Shown in pieces: positions 16,565 to 30,987 of a stretch of 64,000 bases of DNA. Positions within the stretch are counted from its first letter, which is position 1. Each line of letters opens with the position of its first letter. The notes beneath the pieces were generated by a model that did not search any database, was not told the DNA's origin, and worked only from the letters and a program-made list of their open reading frames with translations. Source of the DNA: an uncultured Clostridia bacterium (GTDB taxonomy: Bacteria > Bacillota > Clostridia > Christensenellales > CAG-314); NCBI GenBank assembly GCA_947625725.1, contig CANQPI010000009.1, forward strand, positions 194 to 64,193. Direction: 5' to 3'. Position numbers and translations under genes: made by a program.

Positions 16565-18282
16565 AGTACCTTGCGTTGGTAAAATTGCTGTTTGTGCAGC
16601 AGTACAAAGTTCGCAGTGCGGTTGCAACGCGCAGCGGCAAAAAAAGACTCGGCTCGGCGGCGTTGTACTTGGTCCTCGGCGTGTGCTTTGTGCCGTTGTT
16701 TGTCGCGGTGGCGGTGGCAATGTACTATATGGGCAAGGTGTCCGACGGCAACGTGTACGTGGCGACCTTTTTGACGTTGATTTGTCAAAGTTTGGTGTTG
16801 ATGTTCGGCGTGCATGCCGTTATTTCCAACGTGTTTGTCGTAAGGGACGCGGACAGACTGTTGTACTTGCCAATCCGCTCGCACGTGATATTTTTGGCAA
16901 AATTGACCGTCGCCTATCTCAACGAGGTGATAACTACCGCGGTCACGGCGATCGTGGTGCTGTTGCCTTTCGGAATCGGCGCGGGAGCAGGCGTTGCGTA
17001 CTACCTGATGTTGCTTGCGGCGTTGGTGTTGTTGCCCATGCTTCCTATGTTGGCGGGTACGTTCGTAGCCATGCCGATATCCGCGTTGGTCACTCTGTTC
17101 GGAAAAAACAGCGCGGTCAAGACGATACTGCGCATAGTGTTGTACGTGGCGATAATGGCGTTGTACATGTACGCCATGTACAGTTTTGGATTTCTCACGG
17201 GATCGAGCGGCGGCAACAACTTTTTGGACGACCCCGAAAAGTACATTGCAGATACGATAGGGGACTTTGCTCTCAACTTGCAAAACGTAATGCCCTATTT
17301 TCATTCGGACTACATGTTGATGCAAAGCATGTTGGCGACGAACTTTGCGCAATGGGCGGCGGGTTTTGCGTGCGCTCTTGCGGAAAACGCCGCGCTGTTG
17401 GGCTTGGTGTTTGCGGTTTCGTTGCCGTTTTATCGCAAGATGCTCGCTTCTTCCGTCGAGGGCAGTGGCGCGCGCGGCAAAAACAAAAACGGCGGATATG
17501 TCGTCAAACAACGCGGAACGGTGCGAGAGTTTATGCTCACGGATCTCAAACGGACGGTGCGCGACGCGCAAATCGGCTTTCAGTCCTTTGCGGGGATAAT
17601 AATGACCCCCGTTATCGTGGTGATACTGTACTTTTTGATGGGTACGGCGGATAGCGGCGAAACGTCCTTTTTGGAACTGATGCAGATCTCGCCCTTGTAC
17701 CAAATGATCGCGCCGTTGATAATCTTGGTGTACATGACCTTTCTCGGGTGCAGTACAAACGTTTTGGGTCTGTATCCCATCTCGCGCGAGAACAAATCGG
17801 CGTTTATACTCAAAAGTTTACCTGTGCCCTTTTCGAAAATATTGCTTTCCAAAGTGTTGCTTGCAACTGCGGTCATGGTGTTGAGCGATTTCGTCACCTG
17901 CATACTGATAGTTGCGCTGTTCGGAGTAAAGTGGTATATCGGCATTGTCATGTTGGCGGTGATGATATTGGTGGGCTTCGGCGCAATGTGTCTGACAACG
18001 CTGTTGGATCTCAAAAACCCCCGTTTTGGCTGGGACAACTTCAATCAAGGACTCAAAAACGCCAAAAACAGTTGGATAGCAATGTTGATAGCCTTGCTTG
18101 CGGGAGTTGCGCTTACCGTTTGCTCCGTGCCCTTTGTGGTGGTATTTGCAATTCTCGACAGCGTGTATCTGACGATAGCAATGTGGGCGGTGGATCTGGG
18201 CGTTTCGGCAGCGTTTGCCGCCGTTTCGTACAAGATAATGACAGGCAAAGCGGCAAAGTACTTTGAACGAATAGAGGTGTGA
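16561..18282 (+). CDS. multi-pass membrane permease of a putative ABC exporter
   Basis: 573 aa, highly hydrophobic with many predicted TM segments. The start overlaps the ATPase gene stop. Confidence 0.65.
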   Translation: MKYLALVKLLFVQQYKVRSAVATRSGKKRLGSAALYLVLGVCFVPLFVAVAVAMYYMGKVSDGNVYVATFLTLICQSLVLMFGVHAVISNVFVVRDADRLLYLPIRSHVIFLAKLTVAYLNEVITTAVTAIVVLLPFGIGAGAGVAYYLMLLAALVLLPMLPMLAGTFVAMPISALVTLFGKNSAVKTILRIVLYVAIMALYMYAMYSFGFLTGSSGGNNFLDDPEKYIADTIGDFALNLQNVMPYFHSDYMLMQSMLATNFAQWAAGFACALAENAALLGLVFAVSLPFYRKMLASSVEGSGARGKNKNGGYVVKQRGTVREFMLTDLKRTVRDAQIGFQSFAGIIMTPVIVVILYFLMGTADSGETSFLELMQISPLYQMIAPLIILVYMTFLGCSTNVLGLYPISRENKSAFILKSLPVPFSKILLSKVLLATAVMVLSDFVTCILIVALFGVKWYIGIVMLAVMILVGFGAMCLTTLLDLKNPRFGWDNFNQGLKNAKNSWIAMLIALLAGVALTVCSVPFVVVFAILDSVYLTIAMWAVDLGVSAAFAAVSYKIMTGKAAKYFERIEV

Positions 18283-18423
18283 CAAGAACTGCCCGCTACG
18301 GATCGAAAAAAGCCTTGGAAACTTTTTCCGCTCGGCAACAAACGGACGCGCAACACATTTCGGCGCAAGTTGCAACGCGCCGCTACTAAAACAAAAATAA
18401 AATTACTCGGGAGATAAATTTTT

Positions 18424-19623
18424 ATGAAAAACGTACTTGACGTGCTGAGAGAGCGCGGATACATCAAACAAACCGTATTCGAGGACGAACTGTACCAAAT
18501 GTTGGGCAACGAGAGCGTGACCTTTTACAACGGTTACGATCCGACTGCGGACAGTCTGACCGCGGGACACTTTGTTACCTTGATGGCAATGGCGCACATG
18601 CAGCGTGCGGGACACACGCCCATCATCTTGATAGGCGGCGGTACCGCAATGGTGGGAGATCCCTCCGGACGGACGGATATGCGCCGGATGATGAGCAAGG
18701 AAACCATCTCGCACAACGTGGAGTGCTTCAAAAAGCAAATGAGCCGTTTTATCGACGTGGACAAAGCAATTTTCGTCAACAACGCCGATTGGTTGTGCGA
18801 TTTGAACTATATCGACTTTTTGCGGGAGATAGGCACGTGCTTTTCCGTCAATCAGATGCTGACGGCGGAGTGTTTCAAACAACGCTTGGAACGCGGATTG
18901 AGTTTTCTCGAATTCAACTACATGCTGATGCAGGGCTACGACTTTTTGGTGCTTAACCGCAAGTACGGTTGCGTGCTTCAAACGGGCGGCGACGACCAGT
19001 GGAGCAACATGTTGGCGGGCGCGGACCTCATACGCCGCAAAGAGGGTAAAAAGGCTTTTGCGTTGACCTATACCTTGCTTACCACATCCGACGGCAAGAA
19101 AATGGGCAAAACGGCAAAGGGCGCGGTTTGGTTGGACGCCGACAAGACAAGCCCCTACGATTTCTTTCAATATTGGCGCAACGTCGAGGACGACAGGGTG
19201 GAAACCTGCCTCAAATTGCTTACTTTTGTCGATTTGGAGGAAATTGCCGAACTCACCGCGTATCGCGACGAGCGCATGAACGCCGCCAAGGAACGCCTTG
19301 CCTACGAAGTTACCTCTATCGTACACGGCAAGGACGTAGCGGACGAAGTACTAAAACAGGTGCGCGCCTCTTTCAGCGCGGACGTGGACAACATGCCCGC
19401 CGTGCATATAACCGAGCCGGGCAACATAATTGACATTTTGGTAAAGTGCGGACAGTGCAAGTCCAACGGCGAAGCGCGCAGACTTGTGGAGGGCGGCGGC
19501 GTGTCCGTTGACAACGACAAAATTTCTTCTCCCGCCTGGACGTTGCCCCGACAAGTCATCGCAAAGGGCGAATTTGTGCTTCATCGCGGCAAAAAAGTCC
19601 ATTTGCGCGTGATAATCGAATGA
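18424..19623 (+). CDS. tyrS: tyrosine--tRNA ligase
   Basis: YNGYDPTADSLTAGHFV (HIGH-like), KMGKT (KMSKS-like) and a C-terminal S4-like domain. Confidence 0.95.
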   Translation: MKNVLDVLRERGYIKQTVFEDELYQMLGNESVTFYNGYDPTADSLTAGHFVTLMAMAHMQRAGHTPIILIGGGTAMVGDPSGRTDMRRMMSKETISHNVECFKKQMSRFIDVDKAIFVNNADWLCDLNYIDFLREIGTCFSVNQMLTAECFKQRLERGLSFLEFNYMLMQGYDFLVLNRKYGCVLQTGGDDQWSNMLAGADLIRRKEGKKAFALTYTLLTTSDGKKMGKTAKGAVWLDADKTSPYDFFQYWRNVEDDRVETCLKLLTFVDLEEIAELTAYRDERMNAAKERLAYEVTSIVHGKDVADEVLKQVRASFSADVDNMPAVHITEPGNIIDILVKCGQCKSNGEARRLVEGGGVSVDNDKISSPAWTLPRQVIAKGEFVLHRGKKVHLRVIIE

Positions 19624-20237
19624 AAGACTATATCACAATTCAAACGGAAGAACGCACGGCTGAGTACGTGACGGAGAGATCCCGATTTATCGCCGCGGCG
19701 ATCCACGTCGATACGGTGGAAGAAGCCGCGCGCTTTGTCGAGGCGAAACGCAAAAAATACTTTGACGCCACGCACAATTGCTACGCCTACATAGCGGGCA
19801 ACAAAGCCAAATTCAGCGACGACGGCGAGCCGCAGGGAACGGCGGGCATGCCTATCTACGAATGTATCCGTCAAAACGACCTCGATTTTACCTGCGTGGT
19901 GGTGACGCGCTATTTCGGCGGCATAAAGTTGGGCACGGGCGGTCTGACGAGAGCCTACTCGACGGCGTGTTCGGACGCCCTCAAATTGTGCGACAGACTG
20001 CGCGTAACGGACTGTATCCTCGCGCAAATAGAGGTGGACTACTCCATGCTCAAAACGTTGCGCAACGCGTTGCGGGATCGCGCGCGGGAGCAGGCGGCGT
20101 TTTTTGAGGACAAAGTGCGTTTACTATATCTGTTTCCTACGGATTTATCAACTACTATTGCAGACATAGTATCTCAAAATACGCTAGGGAAGGGCGTTTT
20201 TGAGATTTTGGAACACAAATCCACGGTGTGGAACTAA
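19620..20237 (+). CDS. yigZ: YigZ / IMPACT family protein
   Basis: ERSRFIA......A.....K..Y.DATHNCYAY......FSDDGEP.GTAG.PI; ATGA overlap with tyrS. Confidence 0.85.
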   Translation: MKDYITIQTEERTAEYVTERSRFIAAAIHVDTVEEAARFVEAKRKKYFDATHNCYAYIAGNKAKFSDDGEPQGTAGMPIYECIRQNDLDFTCVVVTRYFGGIKLGTGGLTRAYSTACSDALKLCDRLRVTDCILAQIEVDYSMLKTLRNALRDRAREQAAFFEDKVRLLYLFPTDLSTTIADIVSQNTLGKGVFEILEHKSTVWN

Positions 20238-20365
20238 GTTTTGCGCAAATGCGCACGGCGAGTCGGTTTTGTCCCAAACGGATAAAAAAGTATTTTTGCC
20301 GTCCCTTTTGCGCCCAAGCGACGAATGTCGGGCGGCGCAAACTTTTGCGGTGACGAGGTGCAACA

Positions 20366-21004
20366 ATGTCTAAAATTCAATTCAAGGGCGCAAATCTTCT
20401 CGCGCCGTTGCCCGTCGTGATGGTTTCTTCGGGCGACATGCAAAACAGCAACGTTATAACCGTCGCCTGGACGGGTATCGTTTGTTCCGCTCCGCCTCGC
20501 GTGTACATTTCCCTGCGCAAGGACAGGCACAGTTTCGGCATTATCGAAAAAACGGGCGAGTTCGTCATAAACTTCACTTCCGACAAGTTGCTCGCCGCTT
20601 GCGATTGGTGCGGCGTGCGCAGCGGCAGAGATTTCGACAAGTTCGAGGAAATGGGCTTTGACAAGTTGCGCGCAAACAACGTCGCTTGTCCGTTGATAGC
20701 GCAAAGTCCGATAAATTTGGAGTGCAAAACGTTTCAAACGTTGGATCTGGGCTCGCACACAATGTTTTTGGCGGACGTGCTGTCGGTGGACGTGGACGAG
20801 GAACTTGTCAACGGCGGCGCGATCGACTACGAAAAAGCGCGACTCGTCAACTATCAACACGGCGAGTACTATGCCACGGGCAGACATCTCGGACGTTTCG
20901 GTTTTGCCGCGCAAAAGAAATACATAGCAAAGTACGGCAAAGGGGTAAACGCCGCAAATAACGACCCCTTGACCAAAAGAAAACGTCCGACAAAACGAAA
21001 GTAG
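20366..21004 (+). CDS. flavin reductase-like (FMN-binding split-barrel) protein with a basic C-terminal tail
   Basis: LPVVMVSSGD...NVITVAWTG.....P....ISLRK.R.S...I..TGEFVINF; RBS GAGGTG. Confidence 0.8.
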   Translation: MSKIQFKGANLLAPLPVVMVSSGDMQNSNVITVAWTGIVCSAPPRVYISLRKDRHSFGIIEKTGEFVINFTSDKLLAACDWCGVRSGRDFDKFEEMGFDKLRANNVACPLIAQSPINLECKTFQTLDLGSHTMFLADVLSVDVDEELVNGGAIDYEKARLVNYQHGEYYATGRHLGRFGFAAQKKYIAKYGKGVNAANNDPLTKRKRPTKRK

Positions 21005-21035
21005 TTTTCAAAATCAAATTTTCACGGAGCAAAAA

Positions 21036-25209
<4,174 letters not shown>

Positions 25210-25418
25210 AACGTCGTCCTTTTTTTCATTGCGTCGGCGTAGGGGGGTTCGACAAGACCGAAAGGCTTGGCGGGGAAAGTCGCCTTGCGTCAAACCGAAC
25301 GCACATTTGCGCGGTCGTTGCCGACCGACGAGAGCGACGACGGGGGCTAAGCGCAACTCACGCTTTCGGCGCAACATTGCTCAATGTAATTTATATTTAT
25401 ATTTTTTTGTATTATTGA

Positions 25419-25447
25419 TTGAAAAATATCAATAGTTGTGTTATAAT
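25419..25447 (+). promoter_or_regulatory. sigma-A-type promoter TTGAAA-17-(TGt)TATAAT upstream of yicC
   Basis: Read directly. Extended -10 element. ~30-nt leader with GGAG. Confidence 0.5.
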
Positions 25448-25477
25448 ACAAAATTAGAAAAATGGAGCAGTGTGACC

Positions 25478-26356
25478 ATGAAAAGTATGACAGGTTACGG
25501 CAAGGCGACGGTCGCGCGCGACGGTCGGGAACTTACCGTAGAACTCAAAAGCGTAAATCATCGTTTTTTGGATATATCCACCAAGATACCGCGCGCTTTC
25601 ATTGCGCACGAGGACATTATCCGCAACATCCTGTCCCGACTGTTGTCCCGCGGACACGTGGACGTGTTCATCAACTACGCGCTGTCGGGCGACAGCGACA
25701 AGGTAGTCAGTCTGGACATGGCTCTTGCGCGCGGATACGTGCAAGCGGCGCACCGTCTTAGCGAGGAATTTCCCGAGTTGCATCACGATTTCAACGTCAA
25801 CGCGCTGATGCGCTCCAACGAAGTTGTCAGTTTGGAGCAGACGGAGGAAAACGAGCAAGTTTTGCGCGAAATGCTTGGCGAGGCGGTGGAGCAAGCCGCA
25901 ACCAAACTCAACGAAATGCGCGAAACGGAAGGCAACGCGTTGCGGCGCGATCTGCTGGGCAAGATAGACAATGTGGAGCGGCTCCTGAACAAAGTCAAAA
26001 CCTACGCTCCGCGCGTCGCCGAACAGTATCGCGACAAACTTCGCGCGCGCATAGAGGAGGCTCTCGGCGACGTGCAGTTGGACGAAAGCAAACTTGCCAA
26101 CGAAGTATGCTTTTTTGCGGACAAGTCCTGTATCGACGAGGAGATCACCCGTTTGAGCAGTCATATAGCGCATGCGCGCGAAATTTTGGCGGAGGAGTCC
26201 CCCGTGGGGAGAAAGTTGGACTTTTTGGTGCAGGAATTCAACCGCGAAACCAACACTATTTGCAGCAAATCCTCCTATTTGGAGTTGACCGACGTGGCGT
26301 TGGAAATGAAGAACGAAATAGAAAAAATTCGCGAACAAGTACAAAATTTAGAGTAA
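25478..26356 (+). CDS. yicC: YicC family stress-induced protein / endoribonuclease
   Basis: MKSMTGYGKA.......L.VELKSVNHRFLDI...P; C-terminal FLVQEFNRE.NTI.SK. Confidence 0.88.
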   Translation: MKSMTGYGKATVARDGRELTVELKSVNHRFLDISTKIPRAFIAHEDIIRNILSRLLSRGHVDVFINYALSGDSDKVVSLDMALARGYVQAAHRLSEEFPELHHDFNVNALMRSNEVVSLEQTEENEQVLREMLGEAVEQAATKLNEMRETEGNALRRDLLGKIDNVERLLNKVKTYAPRVAEQYRDKLRARIEEALGDVQLDESKLANEVCFFADKSCIDEEITRLSSHIAHAREILAEESPVGRKLDFLVQEFNRETNTICSKSSYLELTDVALEMKNEIEKIREQVQNLE

Positions 26357-26380
26357 CACTCTATTGGAGAATAACAAAGT

Positions 26381-26956
26381 ATGGAAGAAAAAAAACAAGG
26401 TAAACTCATCATTATTTCCGGTCCGAGCGGCGCGGGCAAAGGCACTATCTGCGCCGAACTAATGAAGCAAATGCCCGACTTGGTGTTGTCCTGCTCGGTA
26501 ACTACCCGCGCTCCCCGCGCAAACGAGCGCAGAGATCGCAGTTACTTTTTCGTATCCGAGGACACTTTCCTCGATATGGTACGCAAAAACGAGTTGTTGG
26601 AGTACGACCAACACTTCGAAAACTATTACGGCACTCCCAAAAAGTTCGTCGTGGACATGCTCAATTTCGGCAAAGACGTCATTTTGGAGATAGACGTAAA
26701 GGGCGCGCTTCAAGTCAAGCAAAATTACGAGGACAGTATTTTGTTTTTTATCGAAGCCCCCAGCGAGCAGGCGTTGTACGAACGCCTCAAAAAGCGCGGC
26801 TCGGAAAGCGAAGAAAAAATACAGATCCGCATGGCTCGAAACAAATTAGAACTTGCTCAACGTTACAAGTACGATTACTGTATCATGAACGACGACGTAG
26901 ACAGAGCCGTTGACGAAATTATCGCAATATTGAAAGAAAGGAGAGAACAAAAATGA
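26381..26956 (+). CDS. gmk: guanylate kinase
   Basis: LIIISGPSGAGKGT...TTR.PR..E..G..Y.FVS...F. Confidence 0.95.
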   Translation: MEEKKQGKLIIISGPSGAGKGTICAELMKQMPDLVLSCSVTTRAPRANERRDRSYFFVSEDTFLDMVRKNELLEYDQHFENYYGTPKKFVVDMLNFGKDVILEIDVKGALQVKQNYEDSILFFIEAPSEQALYERLKKRGSESEEKIQIRMARNKLELAQRYKYDYCIMNDDVDRAVDEIIAILKERREQK

Positions 26957-27138
26957 TCACCAGACCTCCCATTGACGAACTTACGGAAAAAGCAGGGGAC
27001 AAATACACGCTTTGTTGCGTGGTGGCAAAGCGCGCCAAGGAACTCAACGACAATCCCGAACTTCCGCCGAACATGAAACCGATAACCTACGCGGCGGACG
27101 AATTTGACGACGACATTACGGAAATTGCAAAGAAGTGA
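26953..27138 (+). CDS. rpoZ: DNA-directed RNA polymerase subunit omega
   Basis: 61 aa, ...KYTLCCVVAKRAKEL... Lies in the conserved position between gmk and coaBC. ATGA overlap with gmk. Confidence 0.85.
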   Translation: MITRPPIDELTEKAGDKYTLCCVVAKRAKELNDNPELPPNMKPITYAADEFDDDITEIAKK

Positions 27139-28313
27139 TGAAACTCAGCGGTAAAAACATAGTAATAGGCGTCAGCGGCGGTATCGCCGTGTACAAGGTG
27201 TGTCAGGTGGTGCGTTCCTTCAAGCAGTTGGGGGCGAACGTAGACGTTATCATGACGAAAAACGCCGCGCAGTTTGTAACGCCGCTTACATTCGAAACGC
27301 TTTCCAACCGCCCCGTCGTGACGGACATGTTCCAACGCGGCGGACATTGGGAAGTAGAGCATATCGCGTTGGCAAAGAAGGTGCACTTGTTTGTGGTATG
27401 TCCCGCAACGGCAAATATCGTGGGCAAACTTGCAAACGGCATTGCCGACGATATGTTGAGTACAACGCTGATGGCGACTACCGCACCCATAGCGGTGTGT
27501 CCCGCAATGAACGTCAACATGTACCGTAGCGCGGCGTTTCGCGACAATCTGGACAAACTCGTCAAGCGCGGCGTACACGTTATCAACGCGGAATCGGGCT
27601 TTTTGGCTTGCGGAGATGTGGGCGAAGGGCGCATGGCGGAGCCGCAAACGATAGTGGACGCATGCGTCGCTTTGCTTTGTCCCAAGCAGGATCTGCAAAA
27701 CAAGCGCGTGCTGGTCACTTGCGGCGCAACGTTGGAGCGGTTGGACGACGTGAGATACGTCACCAATTTTTCCAGCGGCAAAATGGGCGCGGCGGTGGTA
27801 ACGGCGGCATTGGATCGCGGCGCGGACGTCACGGTAATTTTGGGCAAACACAGCGCGCAAATCGACGACAGGGCGACGGTGATCGACGTTTCCACAACGC
27901 GGCAAATGTTGGACGAAACGGAAAGTCGAGTTGCCGATCACGACATATTCGTCATGGCGGGCGCGCCCTGCGACTACCGTCCCGAGGCTTTTTCCGACAG
28001 CAAAATCAAGTCGGAAACGCTCACCGTCAAATTTGTCAAAAACCCCGACATAGCCGAGCGCGTCGGCGCGATCAAGGGGGACAAATTTTTGTGCGTTTTC
28101 GCCGCGGAAACGGACAACGGCGTGCAACACGCCCGCGAAAAGTTGCTCAAAAAACACGCCGACCTTGCCGTTCTAAACGACGTCAAGCACAACAACGTGT
28201 TCGGTTCGGATACCGACGTGGTAACTTTCGTTACCGCCGAGGGCGAACAAGACTATCCGCAAATGAGCAAATTTGACATAGCAAACTTAATTTTGGACAA
28301 AGCAATCAAATGA
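27138..28313 (+). CDS. coaBC: bifunctional phosphopantothenoylcysteine decarboxylase / phosphopantothenate-cysteine ligase
   Basis: KNIVIGVSGGIAVYK, PAMN..M and SSGKMG motifs. The ATG at 27138 overlaps the rpoZ stop; the track start at 27135 is a GTG one codon earlier. Confidence 0.93.
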   Translation: MKLSGKNIVIGVSGGIAVYKVCQVVRSFKQLGANVDVIMTKNAAQFVTPLTFETLSNRPVVTDMFQRGGHWEVEHIALAKKVHLFVVCPATANIVGKLANGIADDMLSTTLMATTAPIAVCPAMNVNMYRSAAFRDNLDKLVKRGVHVINAESGFLACGDVGEGRMAEPQTIVDACVALLCPKQDLQNKRVLVTCGATLERLDDVRYVTNFSSGKMGAAVVTAALDRGADVTVILGKHSAQIDDRATVIDVSTTRQMLDETESRVADHDIFVMAGAPCDYRPEAFSDSKIKSETLTVKFVKNPDIAERVGAIKGDKFLCVFAAETDNGVQHAREKLLKKHADLAVLNDVKHNNVFGSDTDVVTFVTAEGEQDYPQMSKFDIANLILDKAIK

Positions 28314-30505
28314 TCTATTCCGTCATAGTAGATGTTTCCGCAAGCGAAGTGGACAGGATATTCGACTACAAAGGCGAGGGCTACAAAGTTGGCGCTCGCG
28401 TTTTGGTAAACTTTGCAAACCGCAACACCGAGGGCTACATTGTGGGCGAAAAGGAAACATCCGACTACGACGAGAGCAAACTCAAACAGATCATTCGCCC
28501 TTTGGACGACTTTTGCGCAATTTCGGAGGACTTGCTGAAATTGAGCGATTTTATGCGCAAGGAGTATCACCTTCGGTGGGTGGACGTTTTGCGCCTTTTT
28601 ATTCCCGCGGAAATGCGCGGCAACCGAGTCCGTTCGCTGTATCGACAGCAAGTCAGGCTCGCCGTGCAGGACAGTCTGGACGTGATTCTGGACGGGCTCA
28701 AACCCAACGCCACCGCTCAGCGCGATCTGGTAACTTACCTGTATCTCAACGGCGCGTCCCTTGCGGAAACCGTCAACGCCGAGTTCGGCAATTCCGCGCT
28801 TCGCGCTCTCAAACAAAAGGGCATAGTGGAAACGCAGGATATTGTGGTGCGCCGCACGCCCTACAAGGGCATACAACTCAACGCTCCCGTCAAGCACAAA
28901 CTGTTGGAGGCTCAGCAAAAGGCGGTGGACGCCGCGCTTGCCGACAGAACGGGCAAATTTTTGTTGCACGGCGTTACGGGCAGCGGCAAGACGGAAGTGT
29001 ACATGACCGTTATCGAACGCATTGTCGCGGAGGGCAAAACCTGCATTATGCTCGTGCCGGAAATTTCCCTCACGCCCGCCGCTCTCAAACAGTTGCGCGA
29101 GCGTTTCGGGGACAGGGTGGCGTTGTTGCACAGCGGGCTGTCCGTGGGCGAACGCTACGACGAGTGGCTTCGGCTGAAAAACGGCGAGGCGCAAATTGCC
29201 GTCGGAGCGCGTAGCGCGGTGTTCGCGCCGCTGACAAACATAGGGGCGATAATAGTAGACGAAGAACACGACAGCAGTTACATATCCGATTTCAACCCGC
29301 GTTACAACACTATCGACGTGGCGGCGTTTCGCGCGGAGCAAAACGGCGCGCTGTTGCTGTTGGGCAGCGCGACTCCGAGTTTGGGCAGTTACTATGCCGC
29401 CAAGCATGGCAAACTCAAACTGATAGAAATGCCCGAGCGTATCAACAAACAGCCCTTGCCCAAGGTGGAGATCGTGGACATGTCGTTGGAAACGCGCCGC
29501 GGCAACAAAGGCATTTTTTCGGCGTTGCTCAAACAGCGGCTTGCCGAAACGTTGGAAGCGGGCAATCAGGCAATGCTGTTTCTCAACAGGCGCGGATACT
29601 CTTCCTTTTTGATGTGTACAAAATGCGGTTACGTCGCCGAGTGCAAAAACTGTTCCGCAACGCTCACCGTTCACCGCGACGACAAATTGCTCAAATGTCA
29701 TTACTGCGGCGCGGCTTACTACTTGCTCGACGTTTGTCCCAACTGTCACTCCGCAAGTTTTCGTCAGGGGCGCGTGGGTACGCAACAGGTGGTGGATTTG
29801 TTGCGGGCAATGTATCCCGACGTCAAAGTGTTGCGAATGGACGCCGACACAACGCAAACCAAGGAGAGTCACGGCAAGATCTTGCAGGCGTTTGCCGACG
29901 GCGAAGCGCAAATACTCGTCGGCACTCAGATGATAGCCAAGGGACACGACTTTCCCAAAGTGACTCTCGTGGGCATACTCGACGGCGACCAAAGTTTGCA
30001 CAACGAGGATTACGTCGCAACCGAACGCACGTTCCAACTCATCACGCAGGTGGCGGGGCGTAGCGGTCGGGACAAGGACAAGGGAACTGTTGTGTTGCAG
30101 ACCTACACTCCCAAACACTACTGTTTGCAGTACGCCGCGCGGCAGGACTACGTCGGATTTTACAATTACGAGATAAACATTCGTCAGTCGGCGTGTTTTC
30201 CGCCTTTTTCCGAGATCGTGCGCATTTTGTACGTCGGAGAAAAAAAACAGGATTGCATTGACGAACTGACGGAACAGTATGCCGCGCTTACGGAAATCAA
30301 GGCAAACAATCCGAACATACTTTTTATGGACAAAATGCGCTGTCGAATGGAGCGTATCGAAAACAAATTCCGCTATCAGATACTGTTCAAACTGTCCGCC
30401 GAGGGTACTGACGACGTAATACGGCAGATCTACGCCGTGTGCGACGCAAAAAAACGGCGCGACGTGTCGGTATCGGTGGAAAGAAATCCGCAAAATTTAT
30501 CTTAG
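28310..30505 (+). CDS. priA: primosomal protein N-prime (replication restart helicase PriA)
   Basis: LLHGVTGSGKTEVY, IVDEEHD.SY, and Cys-rich Zn motif C..CG....C..C.....H.......CH.CG. Confidence 0.95.
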   Translation: MIYSVIVDVSASEVDRIFDYKGEGYKVGARVLVNFANRNTEGYIVGEKETSDYDESKLKQIIRPLDDFCAISEDLLKLSDFMRKEYHLRWVDVLRLFIPAEMRGNRVRSLYRQQVRLAVQDSLDVILDGLKPNATAQRDLVTYLYLNGASLAETVNAEFGNSALRALKQKGIVETQDIVVRRTPYKGIQLNAPVKHKLLEAQQKAVDAALADRTGKFLLHGVTGSGKTEVYMTVIERIVAEGKTCIMLVPEISLTPAALKQLRERFGDRVALLHSGLSVGERYDEWLRLKNGEAQIAVGARSAVFAPLTNIGAIIVDEEHDSSYISDFNPRYNTIDVAAFRAEQNGALLLLGSATPSLGSYYAAKHGKLKLIEMPERINKQPLPKVEIVDMSLETRRGNKGIFSALLKQRLAETLEAGNQAMLFLNRRGYSSFLMCTKCGYVAECKNCSATLTVHRDDKLLKCHYCGAAYYLLDVCPNCHSASFRQGRVGTQQVVDLLRAMYPDVKVLRMDADTTQTKESHGKILQAFADGEAQILVGTQMIAKGHDFPKVTLVGILDGDQSLHNEDYVATERTFQLITQVAGRSGRDKDKGTVVLQTYTPKHYCLQYAARQDYVGFYNYEINIRQSACFPPFSEIVRILYVGEKKQDCIDELTEQYAALTEIKANNPNILFMDKMRCRMERIENKFRYQILFKLSAEGTDDVIRQIYAVCDAKKRRDVSVSVERNPQNLS

Positions 30506-30515
30506 CAGGTGTTAT

Positions 30516-30974
30516 ATGGCTAAACGAAACATAATCAAAATGGGCGATCCGTTGCTTCGCAAGATAAGCAAGCCCGTTGAAAACTTCGACGACAAACTTC
30601 ATCAACTTTTGGACGATATGGCGGAAACTCTCCATGCCGTCGGCGGGTTGGGACTTGCCGCTCCGCAGGTGGGCATTTTGCGCCGCGTTTGCATTGTGGA
30701 GTACGACGACGTTCTGTACGAGTTGGTAAATCCCCAACTTACAAGCAGTTCGGGCAAATGCGTGGACAACGAGGGCTGTTTGTCGGTGGTGGGCTTTCGC
30801 GGTTTGGTGGAACGCCCCGAGAAGATAGACGTTCGTTACTACGACCGAAACGGCAACTTGCGCGAACAGCACGCCGAGGGATACTTTGCGCGCGTGTTCC
30901 TGCACGAAATGGATCATCTCGACGGCATACTGTTCCCCGACAAAATGATAAAGAAAATTATCGACAACGACTGA
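30516..30974 (+). CDS. def: peptide deformylase
   Basis: GLGLAAPQVG, EGCLS and HEMDHL motifs. Confidence 0.95.
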   Translation: MAKRNIIKMGDPLLRKISKPVENFDDKLHQLLDDMAETLHAVGGLGLAAPQVGILRRVCIVEYDDVLYELVNPQLTSSSGKCVDNEGCLSVVGFRGLVERPEKIDVRYYDRNGNLREQHAEGYFARVFLHEMDHLDGILFPDKMIKKIIDND

Positions 30975-30987
30975 CGCGAGGTGAATT

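Noticed and set aside
18283-18423. T-box leader upstream of tyrS
   Set aside because: Only ~140 nt are available, and I see no T-box consensus (AGGGTGGNACCGCG-like) or specifier-stem architecture.
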